This document shows, piece after piece, positions 20,280 through 29,704 of a stretch of 64,000 nucleotides of DNA. This stretch comes from Candidatus Marinacidobacterales bacterium (GTDB lineage: Bacteria > Acidobacteriota > Vicinamibacteria > Marinacidobacterales > SMYC01). Made by a program: the position numbers and the translations under genes. Below the pieces are notes generated by a model. The model had not been told where the DNA came from. It did no database searches and worked only from the letters and a program-made list of their open reading frames with translations. The stretch spans positions 1,184,001 to 1,248,000 of the forward strand of contig CBDCYI010000004.1 in the NCBI GenBank assembly GCA_965224085.1, read 5' to 3'. Position 1 is the stretch's first letter, and each line of letters opens with the position of its first letter.

Positions 20280-20447
20280 GTGACGCTCCGTTTCGACGGG
20301 TTCACCCTGGATCCGGAGACAGGTGAGCTGCGGAAGGACGGAGAGCTCGTCAAGCTCAAGCCGGCGCAGGTGCTGGCGCTCTTGGCCAGCCAAGCCGGCA
20401 GCCTCGTCACGCGGGAAGAGATCCAGAAGGAGTTCTGGCCGGCGTGA
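20280..20447 (+). pseudogene. Truncated OmpR/CadC-type winged-helix domain
   Basis: VTLRFDGFTLDPETGELRKDGELVKLKPAQVLALLASQAGSLVTREEIQKEFWPA*; closely parallels the N-terminus of the ORF starting at 22885. Confidence 0.7.
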
Positions 20448-20545
20448 CGGTTTGGCCTCAGGACAACGAAGGGCTCGAACGCCTCTGCCGGTACCTACTT
20501 CGCTGCCCCCTTAGCCTGTCTCGCATTCATTGGACACCGGGCTCC
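20444..20545 (+). mobile_element. IS91-family (Y2 rolling-circle) transposase fragment
   Basis: DNEGLERLCRYLLRCPLSLSRI resembles the L.RL.RY..RPP....R catalytic Tyr motif. Confidence 0.5.
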
Positions 20546-20862
20546 TATCCTTCGCTCAGTGTGTCGAGAACTACCCACCCACCGCGGTTTCTCAAAGAAA
20601 CACGGATGCTACTAGCTCCCGAGCAGCGTAGTCCCCGGGACACGGCGTTGGATGGGTCGAGCGTCCGGCTGAGAAAGAGTCGCCGGTCGACCGCTCCGGG
20701 TTAATGCGGTAGATGTTCCAGCATTTCTCCCGTGATGGTGATGAGAACAAGCGTGAGGGTGCGGCGCGGGGGGGCCCGCATGCAACCTACCATGCGGATT
20801 GCCTCCCCGCACGGTACCGTATACGCTACACACTCGTCCCTCACCTTCCGGACTTGCGCCGG

Positions 20863-22885
20863 TCAGCGTCTCGCTGGTACGCGACGTTTGAGCTCTTCGT
20901 CGAAATTCTGAACGAGAACTAGCTCAGTGGGCGCGGGGTTGGAGAGGATCTTTTCGACGACTGCGAAACTCTGGCCGTCTGGTGATACGTCGAAAACTTG
21001 CCGGAGGCCGGGCTCTCCGAAAGATTTCTCGAAGACGAGCTTCGGCGCCCCGGGGTCGAGCTTCCCGTTTGTCGCGACTTCGACGGACATCAGCTCTTTC
21101 CCGCTAGAGTAGAAGAGCTCTCGCCCGTCGCGACTCCATCTCGGAGCCCAACCCCCGTTGGCGGAGATGCGCCACTTCTTTCCAGGTCCGGGATAGGGAC
21201 GCACGTAGATCTCGAAACGGCCCGTTTCGTCAGACTCATAAGCGATGTGTCGTCCATCGGGAGAGAATTCCGGGAACCACTCGTTGAACTCGGTCGACAA
21301 GAACGGCTGAACGACGTATTCGCCTTCATTTGAGATCAAGGCAAGGTCCCAGCCCCGATTCGGCTCGAGAATATGCAGCGCCCAGAGCTTCCCATCGGGG
21401 GACGGGCTGGCGAGACGGAACATCCGATCCATGTCACCGATCGCTTCGACCTCGCCCCCGCCATCGGCCGGCGTCCGATAGGGCTTCCAGACGCCCGAAC
21501 GAGTCGATACAAAGTGGAGGTGTCTCCCATCGTGGGTCCAGACAGGCAGCTGGTTGTCCCATACAAACGTAAAAGGGTTCATCGTGCCGCGGTCGAGGTC
21601 TCGGACCCACACCTGCGTGCTCAGACCACCGGCCGTGAACGCGAGTCGACGGCCATCCGGCGAGAAACGCGGGTCGCGAACGAAGTCGAGGGTCGAAGGG
21701 TACGGCGAGCAGCCCCCCTCCTCGCGCGTAGACGAGATGCCCCGATGGGCTGTAGCGCGCGAACCGGCCCCCTTCCAGGACCACCCGGTACTCGCCGGTC
21801 TCCAGTGAAAGGACGGCGATGGAAGCTTCGCCCCAGGATTCGGTGTCTGCCATCGCCATCGTGAGCAGAAGCGTCTTTCCGCCCGGTAGCATCTGGGGGA
21901 AGCGGTGGCTTTCCTCTAGCCGCTCACGTTTCGGGACGGTGAGAGGCTCCGCTGCCCCTTCTTCGAGCCAGACTTGCGAAAGCCCCCCAGCGAAGAGTCG
22001 AGTACCCAGTACAATCCTGCCATCCGGTCCCCAACTTCCCCCGCGGTGGGCACCCGCCAAATCAGCGATCGTGACCGGCGCCCCGCCGCTGACGGCAACC
22101 TTCTTCAACACGCGACCCGTGCCGATGGAAGTCACACTCGCGTAATAGGCCAGCCATTGACTGTCGTGAGAGAAGAACGGCTGGCGGGCACCCTCGCCAT
22201 CAATGGCGCGAGCCTCCAGCTGACCAGAGGCGCGTAAGTAGAGCTGGCTCGCGTCGCCGTCTCGAGCAACGTAGGCGATGTATCGACCGTCCGGCGAGAT
22301 CGCCATGCTCGTGTCGTCGCCATCGAGCGCAAGGCTGCTGCCGGGCACGAGTGGAATCACCGCGCGCGTGACGGCGCGCGCGGGCGGCGCATCGGATCTC
22401 CGGAGTGCCAGAAATATCGCGAGGAGGCTCAGTAGCACAGCCAGCGGGATCCACATGAAAGGTTTTCGTCCGACGTCACGGCCCGGCCAGCCCGCGCTCG
22501 ATGCGTGGGACGGAGTTGTCGTTGTTGTGTCGGCGCCTTGGGCACCGCTTTGGCCTTCCTCTGCGGCCGCCTGACGAGACGTCCGGTTGACGAACCGATA
22601 GCCCTTGCGAGCCAGCGTCTGGACGTAGCGCGGGCTCCCCGCATTATCCTCGAGCGCGATGCGAATCTGGCGGATGCACGAGTTGATGCCGAGATCGAAG
22701 TCGACATAGGTGTCGTCCTGCCAGAGCGCCCTCTGAATCTCTTCTCTGGTGATGACCTCGCCGGGACGACTGGCCAGCAGCGCAAGAACCTGCGCCGGCT
22801 GCGGCTTCAACTTGACGAGGTCCCCGCCCTTGCGGAACTCCCTCGTCTCCGCGTCCAGGGTGTAGTCGTCGAAACGGAGCATCAC
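20863..22885 (-). pseudogene. Winged-helix (CadC-like) + TM + PD40/TolB-like beta-propeller regulator, frameshifted near 21690
   Basis: ORF 21434-22885 gives wHTH, TM helix and SPDG repeats up to AVPFD; the homologous continuation (PRFSPDGRRLA...FSPDGRHIAYESDETGRFEIYV...LVLVQNFDEELKR) is in the frame of ORF 20863-21612. Confidence 0.75.
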
Positions 22886-23104
22886 TGCCAGCTCCTCCTG
22901 CTCAAGTGAATTATAGTCGAGACCAGATGGCCGGCTCGACCAGCTGATTCACCATTTCAGCGTGTCTCGCACCGTTGGACACGGATGGTGCCCCAGGTGG
23001 GGCGAGGGTACTTAGCTGGGCTCTTTGGAAGGCGAAATAGAACGAACTGCCAGCCGGGACACTAACTGACACTCGACCGTCGAGCTTCATATGACGGCAA
23101 AAGC

Positions 23105-23133
23105 TTGCAAATACTTGCACGGTAAGCTACACT
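23105..23133 (+). promoter_or_regulatory. Sigma70-type promoter of the TA operon, probably leaderless
   Basis: TTGCAA (23105-23110), 17 nt, TACACT (23128-23133), then 7 nt to ATG 23141; no SD. Confidence 0.6.
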
Positions 23134-23140
23134 GATAATC

Positions 23141-23341
23141 ATGGCGTCGATCACGCACCGCATCGATGAAGAGCTGAAGGAGCTCTTGGACCGCTTCTGC
23201 GACGAGCACGGCCTCAAAGCGCAAGCCGTCGTTCAAGAGGCAATCGCACAGTGGCTCGAGGACGCCGAAGATTTGGCGTTGGTCGAAGAGCGCCGCCGCG
23301 GTCCGTGGGTCGAGTGGGACGAGGTTCGAGACGACATATAA
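23141..23341 (+). CDS. Type II antitoxin, ribbon-helix-helix (RelB/CopG-like)
   Basis: 66 aa, acidic; ITHRIDEELKELLDRFC...VVQEAIAQWLED.EDL...WDEVR; overlaps a RelE-like gene. Confidence 0.8.
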   Translation: MASITHRIDEELKELLDRFCDEHGLKAQAVVQEAIAQWLEDAEDLALVEERRRGPWVEWDEVRDDI

Positions 23342-23606
23342 AGTCGTTCTGCACGCGGCCGTCCCAAAAGAGCTTCGCAAACTCCCTACGAAAATTCGGA
23401 CGGGCGCGAAGGCTGCCATCGACGGCTTGAAAAAAGAGCCAATCCCACTAGGAGCGGGGCGACTACGAGGGCGCGCGAACGCGTATCGTATTCGAATCGG
23501 AAGCTATCGGATCGTCTATGAGGTGCACGCGACCGAAGTCGTCGTGTATGTTGTGGGAGTCGGGCACCGGCGCGAAGTCTATCGCCGAATTCTAGACCGC
23601 CGCTAG
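23331..23606 (+). CDS. RelE/ParE family toxin (91 aa), apparent ACG start
   Basis: Manual translation TYKVVLHAAVPKELRKLP...AYRIRIGSYRIVYEV...VVGVGHRREVYR; missing from ORF track because no canonical start nearby. Confidence 0.8.
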   Translation, partial: TTYKVVLHAAVPKELRKLPTKIRTGAKAAIDGLKKEPIPLGAGRLRGRANAYRIRIGSYRIVYEVHATEVVVYVVGVGHRREVYRRILDRR

Positions 23607-23624
23607 GGCAAACTCCGCCGCGCC

Positions 23625-24494
23625 ATGCTCCGTGTTCTCATCTTCCTCGTCTCTCTCGGAACCCGTGCGATCCGGGCGATGTGTCGTCGCCGAGCCGGCC
23701 TCCCCTCGAGGACGCGGACCGCGCGTTCTGGGTGGCGCTCCGCCAATCCTGGCCCGGGTGGGCTAGTCGCTTGGTCATCGTCAACGCGGACACGGTCGCG
23801 CGGTGGAATCGGGATCAATTCCGACGATACTGGGCAAAGATCTCGCGGAGACGTTATCCGGGACGACCTCGAGTGGATGGCGAGATTCGCCGGCTCATCC
23901 GGACCATGGCTCAGGATGGCTGGGGCGCACCGCGTATCCACGCGGAGCTCACGAAGCTCGGATTCATCGTGTCCGAGATGACGGTGTCGCGATACTTGCC
24001 GCGGCGCCCAGCCGAGCCCGACCAAGTGAAGCGATGGATAGCGTTCTTGCGCAACCACAAGGACGACATTGCTGCGATGGATCTGTTCACGGTGCCGACG
24101 GCGTCGCTTCGGCTGCTGTACGGCTTCTTCGTCATCGAGCACGGCCGTCGGCATATCGTTCACTTCAACGCCACGTTCCATCCGACGTCCGCTTGGGTGA
24201 TGCAGCAACTGCGTGAGGCGTTTCCCTACGACACGGCGCCGAGATGCCTCATCTTTGACGGCGACGCGATCTTCAGCCCGGCGGTCGTCAAGTTCATAAG
24301 GGCCATGGGCACAAAGCCTATTCACCTCGTATCGCAGCCCTTGGCAAAACGGAACCGCCGAGCGCTAGATCGGCAGCTGTCGGCGCGAGCTCCTCGAGCA
24401 CGTCGTAGTTCTGGGCAAGCGCCATCTCGTCCGACTCGTGCGAGCTTACATCGCTTACTATCACGAGGACCGTTGCCATTTGGGCCTCGGTAAG
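23625..24494 (+). mobile_element. Degraded integrase-core (rve) transposase
   Basis: WGAPRIHAELTKLG, AMDLFTV, FFVIEHGRR, LIFDGDAIF; later SPWQNGTAER..G..RRELL and CHLGLGK in another frame; internal deletions. Confidence 0.75.
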
Positions 24495-24571
24495 GTACTT
24501 TCGAGTGAACGAACGATTTCGGTCACTCTCCGATGACCTCCGCCCACGCGGGCGGTGCCATTGCTGTCAAG
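24492..24571 (-). mobile_element. 80-bp non-autonomous IS110 mini-element (left end + right end only)
   Basis: 44/50 nt identical to IS110 left end (24787-24836) and 14/15 nt identical to its right end (26454-26468); bounded by CTT at both ends on the minus strand. Confidence 0.7.
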
Positions 24572-24722
24572 TTTTCCACGGCCTGACGGCCACCCCGAAT
24601 GAATGAAACGCGGTAGTCTCTGGAGGTGGCACCGGCTCAACACGACGCCTGAGGGAGTTCGGTTTTGACGTCACTGCCCCCAAACGCTACACCCTGAGTT
24701 TCTTATTAGTTGGGAGCGCGGA

Positions 24723-24772
24723 CCACCAGATATAGTCGTTGCTACACCTAACCTGACCACACAATATTGTGG
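24723..24772. promoter_or_regulatory. Possible tandem NrdR-box-like palindromes
   Basis: CCACCAGATATAGTCG (24723-24738) and CCACACAATATTGTGG (24757-24772) versus consensus acaCwAtATaTwGtgt (11/16 and 12/16). Confidence 0.3.
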
Positions 24773-24789
24773 TACCTCACCTCAATTTG

Positions 24790-25030
24790 ACAGCAATGGC
24801 ATCGCCCGGGCGGGCGAAGGTAATCGGAGACTGACCCTTTGAGATCTGTGGGAGGAAGTAGACTCCGATCGAGTGCAGCCGGGAGTCAAGGCCGAAGGTA
24901 CGATGGTGCTCAGTGCCCGTTTGACAGCAAGGTCTGGAGGGTTAGCGGGAGTATCCGTGGTGGCATGTCGCGAGGCATGACCCCGTTCGAAAGAATGTTT
25001 TGAATCGCCCCTCTCTCCTGGTTGCGCCGA
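24790..25030 (+). ncRNA. Candidate bridge RNA region in IS110 left end
   Basis: ~255-nt non-coding leader with hairpins (TCGCCC/GGGCGA; GACTCC/GGAGTC) upstream of a DEDD recombinase; boundaries unknown. Confidence 0.5.
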
Positions 25031-25042
25031 AAGGAGCGAGAA

Positions 25043-26431
25043 ATGGCACGTCGCGTCAGGACAAAAAGCAGTCGTCAAGCAAGACGGAAAAAATTGGAGC
25101 ACGAGCTCGACACGGTAAATCTAGATGCTGCAGGGATTGATATTGGAGCGGAGTCAATCGTGGCGGCAGTCCCGAAGGGGCGCACTCCTGAGGGCGAACA
25201 TGTCCGCACGTTTCAGAGCTTTGTATGCTCGCTGCGAGAGCTGGCCAATTGGCTGAAGGCGTGCGGCGTGTGCACGGTGGCGATGGAGTCGACCGGAGTT
25301 TATTGGATTTCACTGTACGAGTTGTTGGAAGACGAGGGATTTGAAGTCTATCTGGTCGATGCTCGCAAAGTGAAAAACGTATCTGGGCGCAAGTCAGACG
25401 TGTCGGATGCGGAGTGGCTGCAACAGCTGCATACATTCGGGCTACTCCCAAAAACCTTTCGGCCGGAATCGGCGATTTGCGAGCTAAGGGCATACACCCG
25501 CCAACGAAGCTCGCTGGTGGAGTCAGCGGCTCGCCACATTCAGCATATGCACAAAGCGCTCAACCAAATGGGGCTCCAGCTACAACACGTCCTGCGCGAC
25601 GTGACCGGAGTCACCGGCCTTGCGATCATCCGAGCGATCTTGAGAGGAGAGCGAGATCCTCGTGACCTAGCAAAACTGAGGCATGAACGTTGCCACAACG
25701 ATGAGGCCACGATCGCGAAAGCCTTAGAAGGTAACTATCGGAGCGAGCATGTTTTCGCTCTTCAACAGTCGGTGGAGTTGTACGATTTCTATCAAGAGAA
25801 AATGGAAGACTGTGACAAGCGGATCGAGAGATGCCTGTCCAAATTGGAGACCCGGCCTCAGGACGCTCGGCCTAAGCCGAAACCACGGACACGGCGAGCG
25901 CGTAGCGGCAACGGGCCGCGCTTTCCGCTCGCTGAGTCTCTATTGGGACTCACGGGGGTGGACCTAACCAGGGTTCCCGGCTTAGGTAGCTATGCCGTTC
26001 TGCAGCTCGTAGGAGAAACCGGTTGCGACATGAGCCCGTGGAAAAGTGACAAGCACTTCACCTCATGGCTAGCTCTCGCACCGAATAATAAGGAGTCCGC
26101 TGGTCGAATCTTTCGCCGGGCCACCCCAATGAGCTCCAGTCGTGCTGCAAAACTCTTTCGCCTCGCCGCGTGCGCTGTCCGCAATACCCAAACCGCGCTC
26201 GGCGCTTTCTATCGACGAATCCGATCGCGACGAGGTGCTCCAAAGGCCATCACAGCTACCGCCCGTAAAATAGCGACCATCTACTTCCGCATGCTTGCGA
26301 CTGGAGAGGAGTTCATTGAGCTCGGTCAGGACGCCTATGAAAGGCAATACCAGCAACGCCTCCTGAGTAATCTCCGACGCAAAGCTACCCGACTCGGCTT
26401 CAGCCTCGTTCCCGATCAATCCATATCATGA
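25043..26431 (+). CDS. IS110 family DEDD recombinase/transposase
   Basis: AGIDIG, AMESTGVYW, RKSDVSDAEWL, LAPNNKESAG, AITATARK; RBS AAGGAG at 25031. Confidence 0.95.
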   Translation: MARRVRTKSSRQARRKKLEHELDTVNLDAAGIDIGAESIVAAVPKGRTPEGEHVRTFQSFVCSLRELANWLKACGVCTVAMESTGVYWISLYELLEDEGFEVYLVDARKVKNVSGRKSDVSDAEWLQQLHTFGLLPKTFRPESAICELRAYTRQRSSLVESAARHIQHMHKALNQMGLQLQHVLRDVTGVTGLAIIRAILRGERDPRDLAKLRHERCHNDEATIAKALEGNYRSEHVFALQQSVELYDFYQEKMEDCDKRIERCLSKLETRPQDARPKPKPRTRRARSGNGPRFPLAESLLGLTGVDLTRVPGLGSYAVLQLVGETGCDMSPWKSDKHFTSWLALAPNNKESAGRIFRRATPMSSSRAAKLFRLAACAVRNTQTALGAFYRRIRSRRGAPKAITATARKIATIYFRMLATGEEFIELGQDAYERQYQQRLLSNLRRKATRLGFSLVPDQSIS

Positions 26432-26709
26432 AAAATGCCTTCGGCCGGGAGTGTCAGTCGAAAGTACCCAATGAACTCCTCTCCAGTCGCAAGCGTTGTG
26501 GCAACGTTCATGCCTCAGTTTTGCTAGGTCACGAGGATCTCGCTCTCCTCTCAAGATCGCTCGGATGATCGCAAGGCCGGTGACTCCGGTCACGTCGCGC
26601 AGGACGTGTTGTAGCTGGAGCCCCATTTGGTTGAGCGCTTTGTGCATATGCTGAATGTGGCGAGCCGCTGACTCCACCAGCGAGCTTCGTTGGCGGGTGT
26701 ATGCCCTTA

Positions 26710-28069
26710 GGGCCTGTTACATATTAATATTTACAATACACTGTCATTGCTGCTATCCTCTGCTGGTTGCGAGACTATACGAGGATGGCAACAGATCGAA
26801 AGGTACCAGAGTCTGAGCGTCACTGGTTGAGGGTGCTGGGGACGTTGAACGAAGCGCAAGCGCGTGTTTTTGTGGCTCAACGGGCGCTTGAAGAAGGACG
26901 CGGCGGGGTCAGTCGGCTGTCACGACTTACGGGGATGTCGCGGCCGACCATCATGAAGGGCGTGGCGGAACTCAAAGCGAAAGCGCCGATAGTTGATGAC
27001 GACAGCGCCCGAGTGCGCAAGCCTGGCGGGGGGAGAAAGCGGGTCGAGGAGTTAGACCCGAGAATCGAGCGGCAGCTGAAGAAGATCCTCGACGAAAGAA
27101 CCGCCGGCGACCCGATGAAGCATCTCAAATGGACGAACAAGTCCACGAGAGCGATGGCGGAGGAGCTTGAACGCAAAGGTCACGATGTCTCGCACGTGAC
27201 AGTTGCTCGACGCCTAGGAGAAATGGGTTACTCGCTGCAAGCTAACGTGAAGAGACTGGAAGGGGATCAGCACCCGGATCGGGACAAACAGTTTCGTTAC
27301 ATCAACAAGCAAGTAAGCAAGTTCATGCGAAGCAAGGATCCGGTCGTGAGCGTCGATACCAAGAAGAAGGAATTGATAGGAGCCTTTGAAAACAGGGGTA
27401 AAACGTGGAGGAAGAAGAAGGGCGGAGGTGAGCCGGTTCTTGTACACGACTTCCCCAGTATGGCTGAGGGCAAAGCAATTCCCTATGGGACTTACGATGT
27501 GTCCCGCGACGAAGCGCTGGTCAACGTCGGCATTACTCACGAGACTGCGGAATTCGAGGTAGAAAGCATCCGGAGATGGTGGCGCATACTCGGAAAAAAG
27601 TCTTATCCGATGGCGAAACGTCTGCTTGTTTGCGCGGACGCCGGTGGAAGCAACGGAAACCGGCTGCGAGGCTGGAAGCTCCACCTCCAAAAGCTATCGG
27701 ACCAACTGAAGATTCCCATCACCGTATGCCACTATCCACCGGGAACCAGTAAATGGAACAAAATCGAACATCGACTATTCTCCTTTGTCAGCATGAACTG
27801 GAAAGGACGGCCTCTCGTGAGCTACGAGGCGGTCGTCAATCTTATCGGCAACACCAAGACCCGAACCGGCTTGAAGGTAAAGGCCATGCTGGACAAGAAC
27901 TCCTACGAGACAGGCCAGAAGGTCAGTAACGAAGAAATGCAGGAGCTTCGACTCAAAATCCACCCCTTCCACGGCAACTGGAATTACACTCTCCATCCCC
28001 GACGTGCTTGATTGAGGGTATTAATTCTTACCGAACTCGTATTTGTAAATATTATTATGTAACAGAACC
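26710..28069 (+). mobile_element. ISAzo13-family IS, 1360 bp, with TIRs and 3-bp TSD
   Basis: 27-bp TIRs, 24/27 match (GGGCCTGTTACATATTAATATTTACAA / TTGTAAATATTATTATGTAACAGAACC); TTA duplicated at 26707-26709 and 28070-28072. Confidence 0.9.
26767..28011 (+). CDS. ISAzo13 family transposase
   Basis: GDPM..LKWT.KS, HPDRDKQF, SVDTKKKELIG, ADAGGSNG, HYPPGTSKWNKIEHRLFS, FHGNWNY. Confidence 0.95.
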   Translation: MRDYTRMATDRKVPESERHWLRVLGTLNEAQARVFVAQRALEEGRGGVSRLSRLTGMSRPTIMKGVAELKAKAPIVDDDSARVRKPGGGRKRVEELDPRIERQLKKILDERTAGDPMKHLKWTNKSTRAMAEELERKGHDVSHVTVARRLGEMGYSLQANVKRLEGDQHPDRDKQFRYINKQVSKFMRSKDPVVSVDTKKKELIGAFENRGKTWRKKKGGGEPVLVHDFPSMAEGKAIPYGTYDVSRDEALVNVGITHETAEFEVESIRRWWRILGKKSYPMAKRLLVCADAGGSNGNRLRGWKLHLQKLSDQLKIPITVCHYPPGTSKWNKIEHRLFSFVSMNWKGRPLVSYEAVVNLIGNTKTRTGLKVKAMLDKNSYETGQKVSNEEMQELRLKIHPFHGNWNYTLHPRRA

Positions 28070-28985
28070 TTAGCTCGCAAATCGCCGATTCCGGCCGAAA
28101 GGTTTTTGGGAGTAGCCCGAATGTATGCAGCTGTTGCAAGCCACTCCGCATCCGACACGTCTGACTTGCGCCCAGATACGTTTTTCACTTTGCGAGCATC
28201 GACCAGATAGACTTCAAATCCCTCGTCTTCCAACAACTCGTACAGTGGAATCCAATAAACTCCGGTCGACTCCATCGCCACCGTGCACACGCCGCACGCC
28301 TTCAGCCAATTGGCCAGCTCTCGCAGCGAGCATACAAAGCTCTGAAACGTGCGGACATGTTCGCCCTCAGGAGTGCGCCCCTTCGGGACTGCCGCCACGA
28401 TTGACTCCGCTCCAATATCAATCCCTGCAGCATCTAGATTTACCGTGTCGAGCTCGTGCTCCAATTTTTTCCGTCTTGCTTGACGACTGCTTTTTGTCCT
28501 GACGCGACGTGCCATTTCTCGCTCCTTTCGGCGCAACCAGGAGAGAGGGGCGATTCAAAACATTCTTTCGAACGGGGTCATGCCTCGCGACATGCCACCA
28601 CGGATACTCCCGCTAACCCTCCAGACCTTGCTGTCAAACGGGCACTGAGCACCATCGTACCTTCGGCCTTGACTCCCGGCTGCACTCGATCGGAGTCTAC
28701 TTCCTCCCACAGATCTCAAAGGGTCAGTCTCCGATTACCTTCGCCCGCCCGGGCGATGCCATTGCTGTCAAGTTGACGTTGCGAGCAAGCCGGCACCGCC
28801 GGATTGTCGTCTCTGCTCGAGTCAGGCGGCGCACGTGACGGCGTCCCAAGCGAGGAACGCGCGACCTCGTAGCTCTCGGTATTGTGATCCGGCGCGAGTC
28901 AGCGTTGTGCCGCTTCGCAATTGCACGCGCGCCGGATACAATCCTTACGTTAGACCGACACAACATCAAGAGAGAATATTGAGCG

Positions 28986-29150
28986 ATGCCATCGCCAGAT
29001 CCGCCGTGTGACAACCCGAAGGCAGCATTAGAGCGATACATTGTCGAGTTATGGGACGAATATCTTCCATGGTACGATCGGTCCTCGTTAATCAATTACT
29101 ACCCGTGGGTTGTCATCCAGCTTCTGGCAATTGTCGCCGGCTTACCCAGA
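28986..29150 (+). pseudogene. N-terminal fragment resembling a SLATT/DUF4231-type membrane protein
   Basis: PWYDRSSLINYYPWVVIQLLAIVAG pattern (WY...then TM helix), then truncated. Confidence 0.3.
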
Positions 29151-29196
29151 GCGAAGGCCATGCGCGTGGTTATGACGGCGTTTTTCCCGCACTCAG

Positions 29197-29544
29197 TTGG
29201 CCGAGGTTCTTTCTCAGGCCGACGCAGTTGTGCTCAGCGTTCCGCTCACACCGGATACTGAGCAGATGTTCAATGCGGAGATACTTGCGGCCATGAAACC
29301 AGATGTAATTCTCGTCAACATCGCCCGTGAGCAAGTGGTAGACGAAATCGCGCTGATCAAAGCCCTGAAGGACGACCGGATCGGATTTGTCGCACTTGAC
29401 GTTACGCAGACCGAACCGCTGCCTGCCGATAGTCCGCTTTGGGATCATCCCAATGTTCTCATAAGCCCGCACGGCGCAAGTACGGTTGCGGATGAAAACA
29501 GAACAGAACTGACATTTTTATACATAATTTGGAGTGCCTGCTAG
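29197..29544 (+). pseudogene. D-2-hydroxyacid dehydrogenase C-terminal fragment
   Basis: VPLTPDT, LVNIAR, ALDVTQTEPLPADSPLWDHPNVLISPH; N-terminal half absent. Confidence 0.75.
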
Positions 29545-29704
29545 GACAGCCGGCCAGGCAGCATGAAAAACGTTTTTAATAAATCGCAACTCTATGGACG
29601 TTTTAGGACAGTTAGAGGCTGACTCAAAAAGAACTGTTTGACATCAGGCTCTTGCAAGCCTGCGTGTGACGAGGCGCACGGCGGCGAAACGGGGAGGAAC
29701 GGGC

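Larger units (their letters stand above)
24786..26468 (+). mobile_element. IS110-family element, copy 1 (complete), long 5' non-coding end
   Basis: Left end defined by identity with copy 2 (ends ~28772); right end by match to the mini-element; no TIR or TSD, as expected for IS110. Confidence 0.85.
26469..28772 (-). mobile_element. IS110 copy 2, inverted, interrupted by ISAzo13 and internally deleted
   Basis: 28070-28772 and ~26495-26709 are the reverse complement of the 5' part of copy 1; ...HERCHN coding sequence is joined directly to a 26-nt piece from the LATGEEFI region. Confidence 0.9.

Noticed and set aside
18305-24500. Intact prophage
   Set aside because: Only a broken terminase piece; no portal, capsid, tail or phage integrase.
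24787-24926. Two perfect TTGACA -35 boxes in the IS110 leader
   Set aside because: No credible -10 at 16-18 nt from either.
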